Notes: generated from the sequence alone by a model not told the origin. A stretch of 64,000 bases of DNA from Chiloscyllium plagiosum (GCF_004010195.1 NC_057719.1:11222507-11286506), one strand, 5' to 3'. Shown: positions 1 through 12,734, counted from the stretch's first letter. Translations and numbers: made by a program.

Positions 1-38
1 CTTCCATGCTGTACATCTCTACGACTCTATGACTCTAC
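1..38 (+). mobile_element. 3' tail of a CR1 (HER1-like) LINE
   Basis: cttccatgctgtacatctctacgactctatgactct matches the tail of the CR1 copies ending near 14780 and 28537. Confidence 0.8.
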
Positions 39-41
39 AGT

Positions 42-265
42 GGACGTTGTCCTGGCATCAAGCCAGTACTTATCCCTAGCCGACATTGCATGAGCAGGTA
101 AATAAGTCACTATCTTGTTGCAGTTTGTGAGATCTTGCTGTGCTGCTGCATTTCCTGCATGAAAACAGTGCTTGTACTACCAAAGTAATTAATTGACTGT
201 AGAGCACTTTGGAGATGTCTAGTGCTCTAACACGTGCTCTGTGAATGTCAATCTTCCTCTTTTAT
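42..265 (+). mobile_element. DeuSINE (SacSINE1/AmnSINE1-like), degenerate 3' half
   Basis: ttgcagtttgtgagatcttgctgtg...caaagtaattaattgactgtagagcactttgg resembles the DeuSINE 3' region; related copies lie at 38355 and 46395. Confidence 0.6.
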
Positions 266-1864
266 TCGACCACATAAAGTGTGGTTATTAGTTAGCACCA
301 TCAGTTATTAGTTATTATAACCAGGACCAAACCAAAAGTGTTCCATGGGGTTGATAACATAAGTAATGGCACCCCAACATCTTGGTCACATCTACATAGA
401 ACATAAAACAGCACAGTACAGTACAAGTCCTTCGGCCCTCAATGTTGTTCCGACCTTTTACCCTACTTTGAGATCAGAGTAACCTACATACCCTACATTT
501 TACTATCATCCATGTGCCTATCCAAGACTCACTTAAATGTCCCGAATGTCTCTGACTCCACTACCACTGCCGGCAGTGCATTCCACGCATCCACCACACT
601 CTGCGTAAAGAACCTACCTCTGATATCTCCCCTACACCTTCCTCCAATCACCTTAAAATTATGCCCCCTCATGATAGCTATTTCTGCCCTGGGAAAATGT
701 CTCTGGCTATCCACTCTATCAATGCCTCTCATCATCTTGTACACCTCTATCAAGTCACCTTTAATCCTTTTCTGCTCCAATGAGAAAAGCCTTACCTCCC
801 TCAACTTTTCTTCATAAGACATGCCCTCCAATCCAGGCAGCATCCTGGTAAATCTCCTCTGCATCCTCTCTAAAGCTTCCACATCCTTCCTATAATGAGA
901 CAACCAGAACTGAACACAACATTTCAAGTATAGTCTAACCAGGGCTATATAGAGCAGCAGCATAACCTCGCAGCTCTTAAACTCAATCACCCGGTAATGA
1001 AAGCCAACACACCATACACCTTCTTGACAACCCTAGCAACCTGGGTGGCAACTTTGAGGGATCAATGGACTTGAGCCCCAAGATACCTCTGTTCCTCCAT
1101 GCTGCCAAGAATCCTGTCTCTAACCCTGCATTCTGCATTCAAATTCGACCTTCCAAGGTGAATCACTTCACATTTTTCCGGTTGAATTCCATCTGCCACT
1201 TATCAGCCCAGCTCTGCATCCTGTCAAGGTCCCATTGCAACTATAACAGCCCTCCACACTATCTATCATACCACCAACCTTCATGCCAACTTACTAATCC
1301 ACCCTTCCACTTCCTCATCCAAGTTATTTATAAAAATCACAAACAGCAGAGGTCCCAGAACCGATCCCTGCTGAATGCCACTGGTCACCAAGCTGAATGC
1401 ATTCCATCTACCACCATCCTCTGTTTCTATGGCCCAGCCAATTCTGTATCCAGACAGCCAGTTTTCCTGTATCCCATGCCTTCTTACTTTCTGAATGAAC
1501 TGACAATGAGGACCCTTATCAAATGCCTTGTTAAAATCCATGTAAACCACATCCACTGCTCTACCTAACAATGTATTTTGTCGCAGCCTCAAAGAATTCA
1601 ATAAAGTTTATGAGGCATGACCTGCCCTTCACAAAGCCATGCTGGCTATCTCTAATCAAACTATGGTTTTTCCAAGTAATCACAAATCCTGTCTCTCAGA
1701 ATCCTCTCCAATACTTTATCCATCACGGACATAAGACTGGCTGGTCTATAATTCCCAGAATTGTCTCTATTCCCTTTCTTCTTGAACATTTGCCACCCAG
1801 TGGACAGTGAAGACAAAAAGATCATTGCTAAGGGCGCAGCACTGCCACATCTCCTTCCTCAGTG

Positions 1865-2065
1865 CCTGACTCATCAGTTTCTTCATTTCCCCTCCCCCCC
1901 ACCATATCCCAGATCCAACCTTCCAACGCGGCATTGCCCTCGTGACCTGTCCTACTTGTCCATCTTCCTTCCCACCTATCCAATCTCCTGCTCGAATGCT
2001 GCCTAACCTGCTGTGCTTTTCCAGCATCACACTCTTGACTCTAATCTCCAGCATCCACAGTCGTC
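1865..2065 (+). mobile_element. Penelope-like element 3' terminal fragment (family A)
   Basis: Ends with gctgcctaacctgctgtgcttttccagc...atctccagcatc, the same terminus as the family A palindromic elements. Confidence 0.7.
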
Positions 2066-2232
2066 TCTTTTGCCTAGGTTATATCCCTCTGGCCCTGGGG
2101 ATTTATCTACCTCATGAACGTGAAACTTTTCAGCACATCCTCCTTCTTAACGTCAACCTTTTTGAGCAAATCATTTTGCCCCACAATGTCCTCAGAAACA
2201 TCAAGGCCCTTCTCAGTAGTGAATATTTATTA

Positions 2233-2420
2233 AGGACAAAGTGAGGACTGCAGATGCTGGAGATCAGAGCTGAAAATGTGTTGCTGGAAAAGCGCAGCAG
2301 GTCAGGCAACATCCAAGGAGCAGGAGAATCGACGTTTCAGGCCCATCTCATGCCCGAAACGTCGATTCTCCTGCTCCTTGGATGCTGCCTGACCTGCTGC
2401 ACTTTTCCAGCAACACTCCA
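2233..2420. mobile_element. Fold-back PLE-derived short element (family A), hammerhead core deleted at the axis
   Basis: Inverted arms of about 65 bp (gtgttgctggaaaagcgcagcagg... / ...cctgctgcacttttccagcaacac) around 2345; keeps gcccGAAAcgTCgatt but lacks CTGATGA. Confidence 0.85.
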
Positions 2421-4842
2421 GAATCAAGTTCCCTCCACTATCCCTGATCGGTCCTACCCTCACTCTGGTCATCCTCTTGTTCCTCACATAAGTGTAGAAT
2501 GCCTTAGAATGCCTTAATCCTACCTGCTAAAGCTTTTTCATAACCCCTCTACCTCTCCTCAATCCATTCCTCAGTTACTTCCTGGCTACCTTGTAACCCT
2601 CTAAAGCCCTGTCTGATCCTTGCTTCATCACCCTGAAGTAAGCCTCCTTCTTCCTCTTGGCTAGATGTATGACATCCCTTGTCACCCAAGGTTCTTTCAA
2701 CTTACCATCCCTTGCTTGCCCCAGTGGGACAAACCTGTCCAGTACTATTCAGCAATTGCCTCCTAAACAACTTCCACATTTCTGTCATGCATTTCCTTGA
2801 GAACATCTGTTCCCAATTTAGGTGCCCCAATTCCTGCCTAATAACATTGTAATTACCCCTCCCCCAATTAAATACTTTCCCATACGATCTGCTCCTATCC
2901 CTCTCCATGAGTATAGTAAAGGTCAGGGAGTTGTGATCACTATCACTGAAATGCACTGAGAGATCTGACAACTGGCATGGTTCGTTGCCAAGCACCAAAT
3001 GTAATATGGCCTCCCCTTTATTCGGCCTATCTACATCTTGAGTCAAAACTCCTTCCTGGAAACACCTGACAAAAACTGCTCCATCCAAACTATTTGAACT
3101 AAGGAGGTTCCAATCAATGTTTGAGAAGCTAAAGTCACCCACAACAACAACCCTGTTACTTCTGCACCTTTCAAAACTCCGCCTCTCAATCTGCTCCTCC
3201 ATGTTGCTATGGGGGGGGGATGTCTGTAGAAAACTCCCAATAAAGTGACTGCTCCTTTCCTGCTTCTGACTTCCATCTATACTGACTGTGGACAAACCCT
3301 CTTTGAAGATCTCTTTCTGCAGCTTTGATACTATCCCTAATTGGCAATGCCACTCCTCCACCTATTTTACCTGCTCCCCTATTCATTTTGAAACACCTAA
3401 ACCTTGGAATATCCAACATTCCCGCCCCTATGATATCCAAGTCTTAGTAATGGCCACAACATCGTAGTTCCAAGTACTGATCCATGCTCTGAATTCATCA
3501 CCCTTATTCCTGATAAATTTTGCATTAAAATAGACACACTTTAACCTATCAGACTGACTGCAACTTTGCCCTATCAAGTGCCTATCCCTCTTCACGGTCT
3601 CTCTGCACACTGTATCTGGCTGTTCACGACCTACTCCATCATCTGATCTGTAGCTCAGGTTCCCACCCTCTCCTGCCAATCTAGTTTAACCCCACCCCGA
3701 AGAGCTCTAGCAAACCTCCCACCCAGGTTGGTGGTGCCCCTCCAGTTCAGGTACAACCCCTCCTTCTTTTACAGGTCCCAACTTCCCCAGACAATATCCC
3801 AATGATCCACATATCTGAAACCCTCCCTCCTACACCAGCCCTGCATGTTCATCTGCACTCACTCTCTGTCCCTGGCCTCACTAGCAAATGGCACTGGTAG
3901 CAATCTTGAGTTTACTACTCTGCTCGTCCTGCCTTGTGGCTTCCAACCTAACTGCCTATATTCTCTTTTCAGGTCCTGATCCCTTTCCTTACTTATGTCA
4001 TTGGTACCAATATGTACCATGACTTCTGGCTGCTCTCCCTCCCCCCTAAGAATCCTGGGGTAGACGAGATCCGAGACATCCCTGATCCTGACACCTAGGC
4101 AACAAAATACCATCCGGGAGTCTCATTCGCACCCACAGAATCTCCTGTCTGTTCCTCTCACGATTGAATCACCTGTCACTATCACTCTCCTATTCTCCCC
4201 CCTTCCCTTCTGAGCCACAGAGCCAGGCTCAGTGCCAGACACCTGGCCGCTGAGGCTTGCCCCGGTAGGTCGTTTCCCCCCCCCCAACAGTATCCAAAAT
4301 GGTATACTTATTATTGAGGGCAATGGCCACAGGGACTCCCTGCACTGTCTGCCTGTTCCCTTTCACTCTCCTGACGGGCACCCAGCTACCTTTATCCTGT
4401 AACCTAGGTGTGACCGCCTCCCTATAACTCCTATCACTACCATTGACCAAGTAAAGGTAATGCTTAGAGCACTCTTTTTGGGATTGAAGGTGACTGTGAA
4501 TCTAAGCAGAACTTATAGTACAATGTCCAAATGTGAAACATGACCACATTATGACAGACTGCTGTCAACCAAAAGAACAGAGATAGAGGATATGAATAAA
4601 TGGGAGTGTGAGAGGATGACTGTAAAAGGGATACATCGTTAAAAGGCAGAACGCAGCAATGACACTTGTATTTATACACACAGTGCTTTTAATGTGGTCA
4701 AACATCCCAAGGTACAGTCAGATATTAATGACACCATGTCAAAGGAGGAAATATTCCAATGGATAGCATAAAGCTACACCAAGAAGATGAAGATTTTAAG
4801 GAGGGGCTGAAAAGGAGAATAGACAAACAGGGAGGCTCATAT

Positions 4843-5173
4843 GGGCGGCACGGTGGCTCAGTGGTTAGCACTGCTGCCTCACAGTGCCAGGGACCTGGGT
4901 TCAATTCCCACCTCGGGCAACTGTCTGTGTGGAAATGCACATTCTCTCTGTGTCTGCATGGGTTTCCTCCAGGTGCTCCAGTTTCCTCCCACAGTCCAAA
5001 GATGTGTAGGTAGGTCAATTGGCCACGCTAAATTGCCAGTCGTATTAAGTGTATTAGTCAGGGTAAATATAGAGGGGGTGGGTTTCTCTTCGGAGGGTTG
5101 GTGTGGACTTGTTGGGCCGAAGGGCCTGTTTCAACACTGTAGGGAATCTAATCTAATCTAATCTAATCTAATC
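4843..5173 (+). mobile_element. HE1-like V-SINE (tRNA head, V-domain, CR1-type tail)
   Basis: gggcggcacggtggctcagtggttagcactgctgcc (A box), ggttcaattcc (B box), V-domain gggtttcctccaggtgctccagtttcctcccacagtccaaagatgtg, (AATCT)n tail. Confidence 0.95.
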
Positions 5174-5439
5174 GTGGTTTGGAGGCACCTCAAGGTCAGA
5201 CAGTAACTGTGCCCCGGGCGACACAATAAGGGCAGATGGCAGCCATTATCTGGTGAGTTTTATATACAAGAGGAACCGTCTCTCTTTCTACCTCGTCACT
5301 AATGTTCTCTTGAAGATTTGGAGAAATGATGATCTCATTCATTGCAGGAGTTTCGTGCTGGTGTGAAGTGTTCCTCCAAAAATATACAAGTGACAGCCTG
5401 AAAAAAAATCCTAAATATTATCAGGACTGCTGTGTGTCT

Positions 5440-5925
5440 GTGAAGGGGAAAGGGAGAGAGGTAGTGAGAGGGAGAGAGAAAATGAGTGTGAAGAAGAGAC
5501 AAAGAGAGAGAGAGGTCAGAAAAGGTGGGAGGGGTTGTGGGGATGGAAACAGAGTCTAAGAGTGAGTGAAACAGATGAAGGGAATGGAGAGATTTAGGAC
5601 AGAAAGAGACAGAGAGAGGCCAAGAGAGATAAAGAGATAGATACAAAGGTAGAGACACAGGCAGTGATGGAAAACAAATGGCAGAGACAGTAAGTCGGAT
5701 AAATGCAATGAGTTAGATAGAGACAGCAAATCAGATAGAGGTAGGGAGAATGAAACAGAAAGAGACTGAAAAATTAAGACAGAGGAAACTGAGGGTGAGA
5801 CAAAGTTAGTGAGACAAAGTAGAGAAAGAGAGAGAAAAACTGACAGAACAGAAATGAGAGCATAGAAGAGAAACAGCAGGAGAGCGGAGGAGACAGGGCA
5901 AGTCAGGAAGAAAGTCTCTGGACAC
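5440..5925. repeat. Purine-rich (GA/GACA) low-complexity tract
   Basis: About 480 bp of degenerate gaga/gaca repeats; accounts for the L/S-rich ORFs on the minus strand. Confidence 0.85.
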
Positions 5926-7496
5926 AAGTGTAATAAACATTAATCAGCCCCATTTTATAACAAGTGCCCAGATTCAAATCTAGCTGCCCTGTCAATAACA
6001 AACAGCACAGCCCAAATGTTCAGATTGGGCCATCATGCTGCAATGTAACATGACACCTTTCCCAAACTGGTATCATTGGCTTTTGCATTTAGCAAGCTGG
6101 CTGCTTCTCCCGTCATAATCAGGGTAATGCCAACTCCCTGCAGGGGAGACCTGGCCTGATTACATTGTACCCCACTCCAGTACCCCTTGGTGCTTCCCCA
6201 CATCCCCATCCCTGTCTATTACCACTGACCAGCTAACACTGACCTAGGGTCTGCACAGAGCAGCACAATTGCCTACACACTTGTACTGACTGAGTCTTGG
6301 GGCCATATGACACAATAATTTAGTGATTATGTTTAATCTATGTGAAGGGGAAGAGAAGAACATTTCACACATGCACTCCGGAGCCTTTTCCTTCATGAGC
6401 TATTTAACCCCGACTGGAGCAAATATTGATTTCTTATGCACTGTACAGTATGTGTCTTATCAGAACACACTAGATAAAAGCATCATGCAGCTTGACTCTC
6501 AGGTTGTCCCATTAGGAATCTGCTGCTCCATTCTACTGATATCATGTGATTATTCCAGTGCAGTGGTCAGAGTCCTGACCTGATGACTCTAACAAGCCGC
6601 TTAGTTTATCTCAGGCATACACTGAATCGTCCTGAAATATCAGTTGATCATTTGGGACTCTTTGCTGCTGCAGAGCTGGTATTAATTGGCTGTGGCACTC
6701 GCGCACAGTCACTAAGCAAATGGTTAAAGTGAATTCGTACACAGCTCTTTTTTCACATCCAGAAATGTCTCATTCTCTTTTCTCAAGTCACACAGGGCGA
6801 TTTCTTAATTGGATAACAACTCCACAGGGACATCACACTCCAGTAATCTCCTCACACGCCTGCGGTTCCATTCTATTCTCAACTCTGTCAGTGATGTTGA
6901 TTTGGGGGTTGCGGGGGGAGATGTTCAGGCACTTAGAATCCACTGGGAAGCCAGGAGTGCCTCTTAGTGTGGTTGAATATTTCCCAGATTCAGTGTGTTA
7001 ATGTTTACAGGGGATCCCTGGGAGAGTGTCAGTATTTACAGTGGCTCCTCAGGAGAAAGGTTTAAAAATCTGGCCAGGACAATTTAAACCTTCCCCTGTC
7101 TCTCCCTCCCTGTGCTGGAATGGCATCAGAAACTGACGGTCTTTTGTGCATATTACTTGAGCAAACACAGGATGACAACAGCACAGAAAGAGACCATTCA
7201 GCTGGTCAGCTCTCCAAAGACCAATTCACTTCGGCCATACCCCTATCTTGTCCCCACAATGCAGCACGTTCTTCCTTTTCAGTTTCTGTTTGAATGTCTC
7301 AATTGAACCTGCCACTCTCAGGTAATGCATGCAAGATCCTGCATAAAAACCTATTTCCTTGGGGCCCCATATGACTTCTTTAAGCGATTACTGTATCTTT
7401 GAATCTCTGCTTTCTCAGTCTCAATCTTTCTACAAGTGGGAACATTCTTTCCCTATCTACTTTATCCACAGTCTTTATGATTTTGAATATGTCACA

Positions 7497-7632
7497 GCCC
7501 CCTTCTCCTCCCCCAGTCCTGATGACAGGTTCCAACCTGAAACGTTGACTCCCTTTCTCCTTGGATGCTGCCTGACCTGCTGTGCTTTTTCCAGCTCCAC
7601 TCTGACTCACCAACATCAGCAGTCCTCACTAT
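7497..7632 (+). mobile_element. PLE-derived short element (family A) with a hammerhead motif
   Basis: Family A 3' terminus (ggatgctgcctgacctgctgtgc...gcagtcctcact) preceded by a hammerhead motif. Confidence 0.85.
7515..7550 (+). ncRNA. Minimal type I hammerhead ribozyme motif
   Basis: AGTC-CTGATGA-C-AGGTT cc AACCT-GAAA-CG-TT-GACT: perfect 4-bp stem I, stem II, and palindromic AACGTT at helix III. Confidence 0.75.
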
Positions 7633-7827
7633 CACTCATCAAATCTGTACAAATCTACCACAGTGCACTGGGCCCAGTGTCTCAAATTCACTTTATAGTC
7701 TAAACAAGACGAGGATCATCACCACAGTCTAACTGCTGTAAGCTAGCAATCCTCACAATCTAAACACAGCAAACTGCATTTGCATTTGTGAGGCACCTTG
7801 TAAAACATTGCTTAATTTGAGCTATGA

Positions 7828-7926
7828 GTTTTGAGGAAAGGTCACTCAAGCCAAAACTTTAATGCTGATTTCTCCGCACAGATGCTGCCAGACCTGCTGA
7901 GCTTTTCCAGCAATTTCTGTTTTTGC
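7828..7926 (+). mobile_element. PLE-derived short element (family C), degenerate hammerhead
   Basis: ttttgaggaaaggtcactcaagccaaaac...cacagatgctgccagacctgctgagcttttccagcaatttctgtttttg. Confidence 0.7.
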
Positions 7927-7944
7927 TTAACTTGACATCAGTCA

Positions 7945-8810
7945 CATAATTTAACTCAAAGCCAGATAACGAGCGATTTAGGCAGCCAACCCAAAAGCTG
8001 AGCCAAAAAGTTAGGCAGAATGACGTGTAGGAGGAGGCAGAGTTGGGAAGGGTTTAGAAGAACATTCCAGAATTTAGACACAGTCACCAAATGGTGGATC
8101 AATTAAAGTTGTGGATGCTCATGCAATCAGAATTAGAAAAGGGCATAGAGGGGAGTGTGCCAACAGTTAAGCTACAGTCATTTTCGCTGGACGTTAGAGG
8201 AAAGGCGCTGTAGAAAATGATAAGACCTTTTAACTCTGGTACAGATTTTTCTGAGGTAATATCGATAATGGCAGCATTTAAAAAACAAAGTTATTATTCC
8301 ACTTGTAGCCACAGAGGAAGAATACAGCTGCACCCAACACCCTAAATCCTCCACGACCCACAACCCTCTGTGACATGGGTGAAGGGTAGGGATATGGTGG
8401 GACTCGAAAACTAGGATGAGAATTTTAAAATGGATTGACTGGAGCCAGATCAGTAAGCACAGAGGTAAGAGAGATCAGTATAAATTAAGAGAGAGATAAA
8501 AAGACTTTGGATGACAGCAGGTTTACAGAGGACAGATGTAGGAGGCAGGACAGATGTAGGAGGTGGACTAGAAATACACTGGAACACATGCCTGAATAAC
8601 AAAGTCACAGTCAAGGATTTCAGCAGCAGATGAGCTGAACCAGGGTGAAGTTGGCTATGGTGGGGAACAATAGACAATCTTAGAAATAGCACACATAGAT
8701 GGTCAGAATGTGATACCAACACTGCACACAGATTGGCAAAGGAAAGAAACTGGGGGACTTCCCGATATTCAATTACAATAAATTTCTGTTCATTCCGTAT
8801 TGTAATATTG
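7945..8810 (-). mobile_element. Old L2-like LINE remnant interrupted by an inverted local duplication
   Basis: Degenerate L2-type 3' sequence (gactcgaaaactaggatgagaattttaaaat); related remnants near 15535-15860, 30920-31100 and 40205-40345. Confidence 0.5.
8144..8340. repeat. Inverted duplicate of 9174-9370
   Basis: The reverse complement aligns along about 197 bp (e.g. cacttgtagccacagagg / cctctgtggctacaagtg). Confidence 0.95.
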
Positions 8811-9336
8811 GAGAGAGAGAGAAAGGAATAGTATGCCATATGCTTACTTATGAGAAAAGGTCAACCCCAGTTCAATATTTCGGCTTGGATACCTGTCAAT
8901 AGCCTCCTGCTACTTGTTGGGAATGCATGGCAATTTTACTATTGAACTGACATGACAAGGTAATGGTACAGTGTGATCTTCAAACCCACCCCCAATAACT
9001 ATGCAATGCACAAACATACAGACAATAAATATGCAGATACACACGCACAAACTTCAAACTTCATGTTCAGGAGGAGGAGCAAATCAAGTGTTAAAATTTA
9101 GCCTCAGCATTGCAAATGGAGAGAATAAGAGGGAGGGAGAGATTTGCCACTTTCAAAACATTTTGCAATTTCAGTGTTGGGTGCAGCTGTATTCTCCCTC
9201 TGTGGCTACAAGTGGAATAATAACTTTGTTTTTTAAATGCTGCCCTTAGCAACATTACCTCGGAAAAATCTGTACCAGAGTTAAAAGGTCTTTCCATTTT
9301 CTACAGCACTTTTCCTCTACCGTCCAGCGAAAATGA

Positions 9337-9545
9337 CTGTAGCTTAACTGTTGGCACACTCCTCTCTATGTCAGAAGGTTCTTAATTTAAGTCTCACTCA
9401 GAACTCAGCACAATACCCAGGACCATACTGAGGGAGTGCTGTCAGAGGTGCCATCTTTTGAATAAGATTTTAAACCTAACAGCCCCAATATGCCTTCTCA
9501 GTACACTGTGCCTTAGGCACTAAATCGTGGAAGAGAATATGACCA
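9337..9545 (+). mobile_element. DeuSINE (SacSINE1-like), 5' part
   Basis: tactgagggagtgctgtcagaggtgccatcttttgaataagattttaaacc resembles the Deu domain. Confidence 0.7.
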
Positions 9546-9665
9546 TTTTCTATCCATCGTATGGACCGTACAGCATCCTCGGGTAAGACAAAGGATGGAA
9601 GGGTTTGCTTTTTAATCAACAACTTGTGGTCCACGAACGTTGCAACCCTGGGCAGCCATGACTCC

Positions 9666-9870
9666 GAGGAGAAAGTGAGGTCTGCAGATGCTGGAGATCA
9701 AAGTTGAAACTTTATTGCTGGAACAGCACAGCAGGTCAGGCAGCATCCAGGGAACAGGAGATTCGACGTTTCGGGCACAGGCCCTTCTCCATTCCTGAAG
9801 AAGGGCCTGTGCCCGAAACATCGAATCTCCTGTTCCCTGGATGCTGCCTGACCTGCTGTGCTGTTCCAGC
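9666..9870. mobile_element. Fold-back PLE-derived short element (family A) flanked by a 185-bp direct duplication
   Basis: Arms gctggaacagcacagcagg...gcccttc / gaagggc...ctgttccagc; flanks 9481-9665 and 9868-10052 are direct copies. Confidence 0.92.
9791..9826 (+). ncRNA. Minimal type I hammerhead ribozyme motif
   Basis: ATTC-CTGAAGA-A-GGGC ctgt GCCC-GAAA-CA-TC-GAAT: perfect stems I and II and an intact core. Confidence 0.8.
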
Positions 9871-9934
9871 CCCAATATGCCTTCTCAGTACACTGTGCCT
9901 TAGGCACTAAATCGTGGAAGAGAATATGACCAAT

Positions 9935-12733
9935 TTCTATCCATCGTATGGACCGTACAGCATCCTCGGGTAAGACAAAGGGTGGAAGGGTTTGCTTTTT
10001 AATCAACAACTTGTGGTGCACGATCGTTGCAACCCTGGGCAGCCATGACTCCCCAAACCTTGAATTCCTCACTATCAAATACTGCTCCTTCTATCTACCG
10101 TGGGAATTTACTGCTGCTATACTAACTGCTGTGTACATATCGCCACAAGCAAAGGTTGACGAAGCTCTGGATGTGCTGTACTCCACCACTAACACCCTGG
10201 AGACGGAACACCCTGAGGCCCTGTTTATTGTGACTGGTGACTTCAATCAAGCCAATCTAAGGAAGGTGTTGCCCAAGGACCACCAGAACATTACCTGCCC
10301 CACCAGAGGCTCAAACATTTTAGACCACTGCTACACTACTGTGAAAGATGCCTACCACTCCATCCCCCACCCTCATTTCGGGAACTCCGACCATAATACT
10401 GTGTTTCCTCTCCCGGCTTACAGGGAAAAGCTCAAGCAGGAGACCCCCTCATAGATACAGGCTCCATGCTGGTCGGAGGAGTCAGAGGATCAACTCCGGT
10501 GCTGTCTGGAATCGGCTGATTGGGCCATGTTCAAACAGGCCACAGGTACCTTGGACAAATACGCCACCACCATCACAGACTTTATCAGCAAGGACTGCAT
10601 ACCAAGGAAGTCAATCTGGATGGGTTCCCCAACAGGAAACCATGGATGAATCAGGACACACAGAACCTGCTAAAAACCAGGTGTGAGGCCTTCAGATCAG
10701 CAGACCCACTCAAATATAAGGAACCCAAGTATGACCTTCACAGAGCCATTAGGACAGCCAAGGACCAATACTGATCCAAACTAGGGACCCAGACAGACAC
10801 CCGGCGACTATGGCAAGGACTGAATGACATCACAGGTTTTAAAAAGAGACAGTGTAAGATAGCAGATGATGACACATCCCTCCTTCTATGCTCACTTTGA
10901 GCAGAATTTCGGCGGAGAGGTAACACCTAATCCAACAGGTCCTGATGAACCTATCCCAACAGTCACTGCATCAGAGGTCAGATCAGTTTTCCTTCGTGTG
11001 AATCCAAGGAAAGCGATGGGACTAGACGGAGTACATTCTGGGCATGCGCAGATCAACTGGCAGAGGTCTTCTCTGCCTGTTTCAGGAGGGCCAACATCAT
11101 CCCTGTGCTTAAGAAGGCTCATGCAGCGTATCTCAATGACTACCGCCCAGTGGCCCTAACTTCGGTGGTCATGAAGTGCTTTGAAAGGCTGGTCATGGCA
11201 TTAATCAACTCCAGCCTCCCCACTACTCTTGACCTACTCCAATTTGCCTATCGAGCCAAGAGATCCACGTCAGATGCCATATCACTTGCCCTTCACTCCT
11301 CCCTAGAACATCTTGACACCAGAAACAGCTACTTAAGAATCCTACTCATTGACTATAGTTCAGCTTTCGACACTACTATCCCCTCGAAACTGGTTACTAA
11401 ACTTAGTGATCTCAGACTAAGCCCCACTCTCTACAACTGGATCTTCAGTTTCTGAGGGCAGCACGATGGCTCAGTGGTTAGCATTGCTGCCTCAGTGCCA
11501 AGGACCCAGGTTCGATTCCTGCCTGGGGCAACTGTCTGTGTGGCAACTGTGTGGAGTTTGCACATTCTCCCCATGGCTGCATGGGTTTCCTCCCACAGTG
11601 CAAAGATGTGCAAGTCAGGTGAATTGGCCATGCTAAATTGCCCATACAGGGGTAAATGTAGGGGAATGGGTCTGGTTGGGTTGCTCTTTGGAGGGTCGGT
11701 GTGAACTTGTTGAGCCGAAGGGCCTGTAGGGAATCTAACCTAATCTGAACCATTGGCCATAATCAGTGAAGATTGGGAACAATATTTCATCCTCACTAAC
11801 ACTCAACACTGGAGCCCCCCAGGGATGCATAATCAAGCCCTACTATACTCACTGTATATCCATGACTGCATCACCAGATACCAGACTAATGCCATTTACA
11901 AGTTCGCTGATGACACTACCACAGTCGGTCGAATCTCAGATGGCAATGAAACAGACTACAGACGGGAGGTGGAAGACCTGGAAAAATGGTGCACTGAGAA
12001 CAACCTAGCTCTCAATGCTGGCAAAACTCATTATTAACTTTCAGTGGGATGTTACTCATGCGCCCCTACACATTAACAGCACAGAGGTGGAACAAGTGGA
12101 GAGTGTCAAGCTCCTTGGAGTGGTCATCCACAACAAGCTTTCTTGGACCCTTCATGTGGACGCACTGGTTACAAAGGCCCAACAACGTCTCTTCTTCCTC
12201 AGGCAGCTGAGGAAATTTGGCATGACGGTGAATACCGTTGCCAACTTTTATAGGTGCACCATCGAGAGCATTCTGTCTGGATGTATCACTACCTAGTATA
12301 GCAACTGTACCATTCAAGATCTGAGACAGTTATAGAGAGTGGTGAACTCAGCCCAGACAATCACAAAGGCCAACCTCCCATCTATAGAATCCATCTACCA
12401 GGCCCGCTGTCAAGGAAAGGCCGCCAGCATTCTCAAAGATCCATCCCACCCTGGCAATGTTTTTCTACAACCCCTACCATCAGGAGAAGGTACAGAAGCA
12501 TGAACACATGCACCAACCGGTTTTGAAACAGTTTCTACCCTACTGTTGTATGAATGCTGAATAGACTCACAAACTCTTAACATTCATCTGTACCTGTGTT
12601 TTTGTTTTGTTTTTGCCACTGTTTATCTGTCATATACTTATCTGGGCTATTTAACTCGGTGATCTGCCTGCATTGCTTGCAAGACTGTGCCTCAGTACAC
12701 GTGATAATAAATTCAATTCAAATTCAATTCAAC
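9935..12733 (+). mobile_element. Rex1/Babar-clade LINE, 5'-truncated and decayed
   Basis: APE motifs GGRVCFLIN, AVYISP, IVTGDFN, ILDHCY, GNSDH (9948-10454); RT LNDYRPVALTSVVMKCFERLV, LQFAYR, ILLIDYSSAFDT, GAPQGC, YKFADDT; KAQQRLFFLRQLRKFG; 3' aataaa plus (ATTCA)n tail. Confidence 0.93.
11456..11746 (+). mobile_element. HE1-like V-SINE inserted in the Rex1 RT
   Basis: Same head, V-domain and tail as 4843-5173. Confidence 0.93.
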
Positions 12734-12734
12734 T

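Larger units (their letters stand above)
395..4450 (-). mobile_element. Near full-length, decayed CR1 LINE (ORF1 SGNH esterase plus ORF2 APE endonuclease-RT), interrupted by two PLE-derived insertions
   Basis: Collinear minus-strand fragments: ORF1 VIVTGDSIVRGTDRRFCG (about 4130-4190) and VHIGTNDI (3859-4113); endonuclease CVYFNA..IRNKGDE, VVVGDFSFSNIDW, SDHNSLTF (2702-3679); RT VDVVYMDFNKAFDK, QGSVLGPLLFVIFINNLD (1281-1601); C-terminus LERMQRRFTRMLPGL (529-990); 3' tail near 395. Frameshifts and stops throughout. Confidence 0.95.

Noticed and set aside
4843..4915. SINE heads as functional tRNA genes
   Set aside because: The tRNA-like A/B boxes continue into the V-domain and CR1-type tail in every copy.
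5335..5927. Hydrophobic L/S-rich ORFs as membrane proteins
   Set aside because: They are translations of a CT-rich low-complexity tract.
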